The translations under genes were made by a program, and so were the position numbers. From Octopus vulgaris (taxonomy: Eukaryota): a DNA stretch of 64,000 bases. Of this stretch, positions 55,054-64,000 are shown one piece after another. Under the pieces are notes generated by a model. That model did no database searches. It was not told the origin of the DNA and saw only the letters and a program-made list of their open reading frames with translations. The stretch spans positions 110,236,001-110,300,000 of the forward strand of contig OX597821.1 in the NCBI GenBank assembly GCA_951406725.2, given 5' to 3'. Numbering within the stretch: position 1 is the stretch's first letter; the number at the start of each line of letters is the position of its first letter.

Positions 55054-55640
55054 ATCTTTTCTACTATAGGCAGAAGGCTTGAAAGTTTGGGATGGGGGAC
55101 AGTCGATTACATCGACCCCAGTAATTAAATGGGACTTATTTTATCGACCCCGAAAGGATGAAAGGCAAAGTCGACCTTGGTGGAATTTGAACTCAGATCG
55201 AGCAGACTGACGAAATGCCGCTAAGCATTTTGCCCGGCGTGCTAACGATTCTGCTAGCTCGCCACCTTAAATAATTTTACCGTGTCCTTTATTTCGTCTG
55301 TCTTTATGGTCTGGGTTCAAATTCCGCAGAGGTCGACTTTGCCTTTCATCCTTTCGGAGTCGACAAATTAAGTATCAGTTGCGTACTGGGGTCGATCAAA
55401 TCGACTGCCCCACCCTCCAAACATTTCGGGCCTTGTGCCTGGAGTAGAAAAGAATATTACCGTGTCCCTTATTCCGTCTGTCTTCGCATTCTGAGTTCAA
55501 ATTCTGACGGGGTTGACTTTGCCTTTCATCCTTTCGGGGTCGATAAATTGAGTATCAGTTGCGTACTGGGGTCAATCTAATCGACTGGCTCCCTTTTCCC
55601 CAAAATTACGGGTCTTGTGCATAGACTAGAAAAGAATATT
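55054..55640. mobile_element. Cluster of SINE A copies (one -, two tandem +)
   Basis: Family A core and tail type 2 repeated. Confidence 0.85.
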
Positions 55641-56787
55641 ACCATGTCACTATACTCAGACCGATCTGTGTGAGATGAGTGAGAATTGGTTGTTATTTCT
55701 AGCTGACTAAATGGCCACTTTCAAGTCTCCCGGTCTCCCTTTTTTAAACAGTTGTTGCTTTTGTTGTTGTTGTCTTTGTTTGAACAAGCAAATCTTTTCC
55801 GGCCGTGACCATCCAGTCTCTTTATTTCGAAGCTTAAATATATCCCGGACTTCATTATACAATGTCTCCTTCTTTCGTTAAAGAAAATGTGGTTTGAACA
55901 CGAGGGAGATTCAGCAGTTGCTTCTAGCCTGTCGAGCAACTACGTATGGGCTCTCTTTCATTTCTGGTAATGGTGGTGGGGGATGGGGGACTGATGATGA
56001 TGGTGGTGATGGTGGTGGTGGTGATGGTGTGGTGTGAGCGTAGGTTGCGATGATGGTGGTAGCGGTAGTTATTGGTGGTGATGGTGAAAATGGTAGCGGT
56101 GGTAGTGGTGATGGCGGTGATGGTGGTTGTGGTAATGATGGTGTGGTGGTGAAGGTGGCTGAGGTGGTAGTGGTGGTGATGCAGATGTCAGTGGTAATGA
56201 TGATGGTGGTGGTGGTGGTGGTGGTAGTGGTGGCGGTGGTAATAGTGGTGGTAGTAGTGGTGGTAGTATTGGTGGTGGAGGTGGTGGTGGAGGTAGTGGT
56301 GGTGGTGGTTGTGGTGGTAGTAATGGTGGTGGTGGTGGTCGCTATATGATGCAACTGTTTTGCATTCTCGAGTTGGGTGGGCGGTCGTCGTGCGCTCGTT
56401 TTTAAATGCATCTGTGCATGCATGCAGCAGATAATGTATACAACATGCAGCAGCAGTGCGTCTTGACCGGACTTTGTGCAACGTGCATGCACGGGCATGT
56501 TGCACTGCAAGAAAATACATGCAGGAAAAACACCTCCTCCACAGGTAGTCCCATCTTAGCTTCGGTAGTCGTTTATGTACGTCTACATGCATACATGCGT
56601 CTGTGTATGTGTGTGTGTATGTATGTATGCTTGTATGTATGTATGTATGTATATATTTATGAATGCATGTATGTATTTTTGTATGTATGTATACGTTTGA
56701 CTATATAAACATATATATATATGAATGTATTTGTCTGTATGCCTGTATGTATGTATGTCCATGTATGTGTGCATATGTATGGTTTGA

Positions 56788-56910
<123 letters not shown>

Positions 56911-57068
56911 TTGGAGATGATGTACAGGTATTATATATTAGAAGAAATGACGTACTCAGAAAAAAATGTAACGTACAAATAAATATCTGTAAATATAAAC
57001 CATCCGATTTTCTGAGTACCTCACTTATTCTAATATAAATATATATACATATAAATATTTATGTATAT

Positions 57069-57191
<123 letters not shown>

Positions 57192-58012
57192 GTATATATA
57201 TATACATATATATATGTATATGTATATATATATATACATATATATATGTATATGTATATATACGATAGCGTATATTCATTTGTGAATATTTGTGCGTACG
57301 TATACATTGGTATATCAATGTATTTCAGCTTATATATCTATATTTGTATGTATAAATTTATGTATGTATGTTTGTGTGTGTGTGTGTGTGTGAGTGAAAA
57401 GTTATGCATGCATGAATACATATAGGTACGTTCATATGTATGCATGTTAAACATACACGTATGTATGCAACAAGAAGTATGCATATGCATCAGCATTTCT
57501 ATGAGTGTATATATATATATGTATGTATATATATATATATGTATGCATGGACGTATATATATTTGTATTTATGAATGTATGTATAGTTGTGTGTGTGTTT
57601 ATGTATATCTTTATGTATGAATATATGCATGTCGATATATATAAATGTAGCTAAGCATGTATGTATATATGTGTGTATTTTGTACGTAAATATGTAATGA
57701 TGTATACTTTTTTGTAGTTATGGAAATATACATACATATGTCTATGTATGTATCTTTGTACGTGTGTGTAATAGATATGTAAATGTATCAAGTATTGAAG
57801 TTGTATGCGTTTTTATAAGTATGTATATCTGGACTGATGTATGTATATGTGTCTGTATGTACGTATGTTTGTATACGTGTATGTATGTATGTTGTATGTA
57901 TGTTTGTATGTATGTATGCATGGATGTATGTATGCATGTATGTATGCATGTATGTATGCATGTTTGTATGTATATATGTTGGTATTTATATATTTATGTT
58001 TTTATGTTTGTA

Positions 58013-58112
58013 TGTCATTGTTCAGTTTTATTTCAAGATTTCTTGCCATCCAAAGCTCCGTTATTGGAATTTCAACATCAACAACAGGGTATTTTTGTTT
58101 TGTATGTCTGTT

Positions 58113-58147
<35 letters not shown>

Positions 58148-58530
58148 ATGTCTGTCTGTCTGTCTGTCTGTCTGTATGTATGTATGTATGTATGTATGTA
58201 TGCATGCATGTATATACATGTACAGATTTGTATGTATTTCTTTACGCATATATTCTCATGCATAAAGTTGCATATCTAGACATGCTCATATATATTTAAA
58301 TGACAAACTTCTGGAAAATTTTACAGATTTTTACAGTTCCAGTGATGGATTGGATCTGTAGTCTTCGAATTAGCTTTCTCCTTGCTGCTTTTGAAAAGCC
58401 TAATTTCTCAAGATTGGTTTTAAGGCTGTGTGTGTCCATATCCTAGTGTCCCAATAATTACAGGTATAAACCTGAACTTGTAATCTGGATATAGCAACTG
58501 CGGATTTCTCAATAGTTCAGCGTAGACGAG
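58013..58530 (-). mobile_element. 3' fragment of the (CATA)n-associated RLE LINE, copy 2
   Basis: Minus strand: YAELLRNPQLLYPDYKFRFIPVIIGTLGY.. and KLIRRLQIQSITGTVKICKIFQKFVI*. A third remnant is at about 59280-59440. Confidence 0.72.
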
Positions 58531-60480
58531 CTGGCAGAATCGTTAACATGCTGTGCAAAATGTATGAATGTATGTATGTATGTATGTATGTATGTATGTA
58601 TGTATGTATGTATGTATGTATGCAAGTATGTAAGTATGTATGCATGCATGTATGTATGTATGTATGCATGTATATATGTATGCATGCATATATGTATCTG
58701 CATTCATATTTCTATGCAAATTGCCTTAAAAAAATGCATATATTATTACATATATGAATCGGTATATTTTGACCTAAATATATGTATATAATATCCATAT
58801 ATTTCCCATGTCTTTACAATTCTATAAGTATATATACTGCAGGCCAAATATTTAGAATACGCAGCATATATTTACAGATCCATTAACGTCTCGTAATGGC
58901 AATTTTCTAATGTGTGTGTATTTGTTCGTTTGGATTTTTATGTTTAATATGTCGCGCCAATACATAAAAAGACGCTCTTTCAGCCAGGATTATGGCTGTA
59001 TTATTAAAATTTGTCTAGTTAATAATGTATTAACTGGCAGAATCGTTAACACCCCGGGTAAAATGCTTAGCAGCATTTCGTCCGTCTTTACGTCCTGAGT
59101 TCAAATTCCACTGGGTTTGACTTTGCCTTTCAACTTTAGGGGTCGATAGAATAGATAAGCAGTTGACACTGGGGGTCGATATAACTGATTAGTCCCCTCT
59201 CCCAAAATTGCTGGCCTTGAGCCAATATTTGAAGCCAATATCTTAAGTATGTATTTATGTATATCTAGTTATGTTTTTAATTATTTAAATTCTTCATTCG
59301 ACGAAGGAGCAGGTTTATAACACAGCTACAAAGCTCCAACGTTGCAATGTATGTATGTATGTAAATATTCATATTTTTACCTCTGTAAGAACTAAACGCT
59401 AGAGTTTTCGAAAGTTTCACATATTTTTATAGTTCCACTTACCACTTATGATAATATTTTTCTAACTAATCGTATCTTTTCTAGCTTGACCAAGTCCAGT
59501 TTCTCAAGCTTATGCATGTGTGTGTGTATGTATGTATATGTGTGTATGTGTGTTTGTAAGAGCGTGACAGAGAGAGAGAAAGAGAGAGAGGGAGAGAAGG
59601 AGTGTATGTGTGTTTGTGTGTGGATACATATATATGCAGTGCATCTATAAATCAACCGCTCAGTGTTTGGGGTTATACCAGGGACGTAGGAGGACATAAC
59701 TACGAAGAGAATATCGGCCATATACGTTTACCTCTCGTTAAATATTTCGCTTCGATCTTTCTTTTCTTTATCTTTTCTTCCATTTTGGTGCAACCCCCCA
59801 CCCCACCACTCACATTCATGTTAGTCCCGATGAAGTAGTCCTGTTTATGATTAAAAAATGTTCCAGCTTTCTTTTTCTAAGTTCAGCGTTAAACAACAAA
59901 AGTATCCTTCATATTTGTAAGCACCACAGTTGCGTCAGACAAATGGTACAATCCATTGCCATTTCTGCAGTCACGTGACTATACACTGCACCCATACCGG
60001 TCCTTTATTCTTTTATTTTGTTTTGTTTATTTTTGTCATTTTCCCCCTAAGATTCTTCCATGACCGATTTTTTAAAATATTTCTACCAAATTTAATCCAT
60101 TCACTGTGTCTTAGCATGACCAAAATTCACGAAGAATTAAAAAGTGTACATATATTTTTAGCTAAAATCATTTTTTTCATTCGTAACTTCCGCCATCTTG
60201 TATTTTTTCTAACCCAAATACATTTCATTTAGAACGCGAAAATAATTTACTTTGGCAAGTTATTTTTTCATAAGCGATCTAGACCCAACATGCCCACAGC
60301 ATTCTAAGCTGGAACCAATGAAAGACTAAAATGGTAAATAAAAGACTGAATTTCTTAGCGAAATTAATTTTCTTATATTTTTTTTCTTTCTCTTCTTCTA
60401 CCGTCTTGGTTTATTTATAGAATTTAATTATTTTTTATTCCACAGATATTTTTAACTCAGAACGAAAAAAGCCACACATG

Positions 60481-60560
<80 letters not shown>

Positions 60561-61488
60561 TCTTACTCTCACTGCTTTATTTCATTCATATTGTTTTTTA
60601 AATTTTTTATTTGATAGTAAATTCTTTTTTTTTTAGCTTATTATATTTTTAACGGTCTTCCATGTAACTATTCTTTCATTTTTCTTTCTTTACCGATATT
60701 TATTTATTTATTTATTTATTTATTTTGCATTTTTTTCTTTTTACTCTCAACATGGCATTTAATTTTCCGTTGCTTGTTACACGACTTCATTCATTCTTTG
60801 GAAGATTCCCACGCTCATTCATCCATTCATTCTTTCAATTAAACTGTTCCTTCCTTCATTCATTCATTCAATCACTCCAGCTAGTCATCAGTTGTATCAT
60901 TCTTTCATTCTTTCTCTTGCTAATTCATTCCTTTTGGTTACAATCCCATTTCTTTCATTATATTCCTTATTGGAGACTTCTAACTTGCATAAGAGGCGAA
61001 GGATTAGCAGAATCGGTAGAAAATCGAACTAAAATTTCTTACTGCGCTATTTAGTTTCGTCCCGTTCAAATCCTACCGTCTGAGTTCAAATCCTACCAAA
61101 GTCGATGCTAGCTTCCTTTCTGCCTGGAGTCAAACTAATTGAATACATCCAACCCATCATTCCACACCATCTTCCTCCCCATCATCTTCTTCTTCCATCA
61201 CCTTTTCTTTCTTTATATTTCTTGCTTTTCTTCTTCCTCTTATTCTTTTTCTTTATCCTCCCAGTTTTTTTCTTCTCCATTATCCCCCTCCTCCTCTTCT
61301 TTCCTATTTTTCTCCATCTTATGTCCTCTCGTATTTTCGTCTTTTTTTAAAATTTCTATCCCGGTCCTCCTCTTTTTTCTTTCTTTTCTCTGTCTCTCTT
61401 TATTATCTTTCCTCCTCCGCTTCCTTCTTTCACTTCTTTTCGTCCATCAGCTCATTCGTTTCTTCTTCTTCTTCTTCTTCTTCTTCTT

Positions 61489-61572
<84 letters not shown>

Positions 61573-62230
61573 ATTGTTATTATTATTATTATTATTATCA
61601 TTATTTTTCTTCTTCTTCTTCTTTTTTCTTCTTCTTCTTCTTCCTTTTATTTTTCTCCCTCTCCCTCCTTTTCTTTCGTAGTCTCCTCACCTTTCCAATA
61701 AAATTTGAACTCAATATACAAAACCAATATTGCAACGAATACCTCAACCCCCTCTCCACATACTCGATATATCGATTTCCAAAACCGTTAATCTCACCAT
61801 ATCCACTACTTCATTGGTTCTTCATTTTATGAAGTATCAGTTAAGCATAAACTTTACGAAACATAAAAGTTGAAATCTCCTTGAGATTTGAACTGAGAAC
61901 GTAAAAGAGCATAGCAAGATGCTGAATGTGGAATGGGACTATATGGCGTAGCTCTTGGGGCGCAAGCCATTTGGCACGGCTGACTGGACATTCTGTCTGT
62001 TTTGCTACTAGAGGTAAACACACTCATACGTACATACACACACACATACACACATACACACACACACACACTCATGCACACGCACACACACGCTCACACA
62101 TGCAAATGGGTGAACGCACGTGCGTGAAGAAATTTGCACATGAAAATAGGAAAGTGACTGTGTGAGAGAGAGTAGAAGAGAGAGAGAGAGAGAGAGAGGG
62201 GGGGAAGAGAAAAAGCGACTGTGTATGTGT

Positions 62231-62271
<41 letters not shown>

Positions 62272-62409
62272 CAGCATTACATTTTATTAATTGCACATGT
62301 TTTAAATAAATATTTTCCTTCTCCTCATGCACATAGTAAACGGAAATATGCTTCCCCAAGTAAACAGAAAGAGAGAGGGAGGAGGAAAAGGAAGGAAGGA
62401 AGGAAAGAA

Positions 62410-62455
<46 letters not shown>

Positions 62456-62469
62456 ATGAGAGAGAGTGA

Positions 62470-62563
62470 AATATTAAAATGCCTGATGTCAAATATGTCA
62501 GCGTCGAATCGGCGACGCCAATCATGCGGCGACAAAACAGCTGTGCCATAACGTCCCATACCC
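62470..62563 (-). mobile_element. Possible DNA transposon terminus (Mutator-like subterminal repeats)
   Basis: Minus strand GGGTATGGGACGTTATGGCACAGCTGTTTTGTCGCCGCATGATTGGCGTCGCCGATTCGACGC, with ~14-bp periodic motifs; no partner end seen. Confidence 0.3.
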
Positions 62564-62950
62564 TACTGCAAAGTCTTTGGTCTGTAATTCTAACCATTTT
62601 GCAGATTCCCTACTTTTAATAAACTGAGTTTTATTTTTATTTTTGTTTAAGTAGGCAAAAAGCCAGAAAATTAATTTAATATGGTTGGTGCCTTCTATAT
62701 TTACACTGGAAGCATGAAAGACAATTTAATCATGGTGCCATTTGCTGTTCTGCCAGAAATGATGGCCTTCTTTTTATCAAAATTATTTCTTCTTTTTCTT
62801 TTCCTTCCCCTCTTCCTCTTCTTCTTCTTCATTTTTCTCCTCTCCCTTTTCTTCTCCGCCCCTCCTGTTCTTCCTGTTCTTTTTCGTCTTCTTCTTCTCC
62901 TTCTTCTTCTTCTTTTTCTTCTTCTTCTTCTTCTTATTATTATTATTATT

Positions 62951-63043
<93 letters not shown>

Positions 63044-63061
63044 GTTATTGTTATTATTATT

Positions 63062-63735
63062 TTCTTTTTATCACAGATTGTGATACCTGTAGCCTACGGT
63101 ACCATACTATCCGTTCTTTTCAGCTATTTAATACTTTCCTTATTATTCTGGCCGTGCCAAGGAGGCAAACCTCTTGTAACAGTTCTACTGGGCATTCTAT
63201 TCCAATTTCCTTTACATTTCTCTCGATGCCTTCTGATACTGTTCCCAAGGACCCAACATTATTTCGCACTATCTCCACCTTCTTCATTTTCCATAGCCGG
63301 ACTATTTCGTACTTAAGAGGGTCGTATCTATCTTTTCGCCTTCCTTCTTGACTATTCGTGGGTCAAAAGGGCATGCAACATCAACAATATAGCGTATGTG
63401 GTGCACCTTGTCCAGCATTATGTCCGGTTTGTTATGCTCTAGCACCTTATCTGTTTCGATTGGGAAATCCAAGGGGATTTTGTTTGTCTCCAACTCCGTC
63501 ACACTGTGGTTTGTGCTCATACTACGTCTTGCCTCTCTCTCTAGCCCCCCCCTTTCACATAGATTCTAATGTAGCGCTTTCGCTACCTGCTCGTGTCGCC
63601 ACAACTTGTAGTGGTTTTGGGCAAGTCTAGGACATTCACTCCTAATATGGGCAATGGCTTCATTCACTCTATTGCAGATGCGGCACAGTGGTGATATTTG
63701 CTCATTCCAAAGGTTGACGGTCCAGTCCGTAGACA
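63062..63735 (-). mobile_element. R4/Dong LINE 3' end (CCHC plus RLE) flanked by (TAA)n
   Basis: CRICNRVNEAIAHIRSEC, DFPIETDKVLEHNKPDI..IVDVACPFD..KEGEK, CLLGTARIIRKVL*; the 3' end runs into (AAT)n. Confidence 0.88.
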
Positions 63736-63756
63736 TTGTTATTATTATTATTATTC

Positions 63757-63899
63757 GAGGTCGACTTTGCCTTTCATCCTTTCGGGGTCGATAATGTAAG
63801 TACCAGTTGCGTACTGGGGTCGATATAATCGACTTAATCCGTTTGTCTGTCCTTGTTTGTCCCGTCTATGTTTAGCCTCTTGTGGGCAGTAAAGAAATA

Positions 63900-63900
<1 letters not shown>
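63757..63900 (+). mobile_element. 5'-truncated SINE A (tail type 1) in (TTA)n
   Basis: Core plus CTTAATCCGTTTGTCTGTCCTTGTTTG tail. Confidence 0.88.
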
Positions 63901-63997
<97 letters not shown>

Positions 63998-64000
63998 TTA

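Noticed and set aside
55911-56510. Thr/Pro-rich mucin-like ORF
   Set aside because: Derived from a (GGT)n-type array.
56400-56520. TGCATG (RBFOX-like) cluster and small hairpin
   Set aside because: TGCATG is abundant in the local microsatellites and no adjacent exon was identified.

Overview
Eukaryotic, repeat-saturated, apparently gene-free window. The SINE families and extreme (TA)n/(GATA)n/(CATA)n/(CAT)n/(TAA)n microsatellite load suggest an octopus genome (inference). No host protein-coding exon could be supported; almost all ORFs in the track are translated microsatellites. Recognisable content: a decayed PGBD3-like piggyBac, several Tc1/mariner elements (one full length), R4/Dong-type restriction-like-endonuclease LINE fragments, three tRNA-derived SINE families, non-autonomous Helitrons and Helentron-like elements, MITEs, and Penelope-like remnants with minimal hammerhead ribozymes. 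The most striking observation is four copies (2718-2850, 16045-16162, 18848-18969, 22680-22802) of a hammerhead ribozyme-like motif. They belong to two repeat families with unrelated stem sequences, yet all share a non-canonical, multiply pseudoknotted architecture with an intact catalytic core. Their strand order is not type I, II or III, and six helices covary. All pairings were read by eye and activity is untested.
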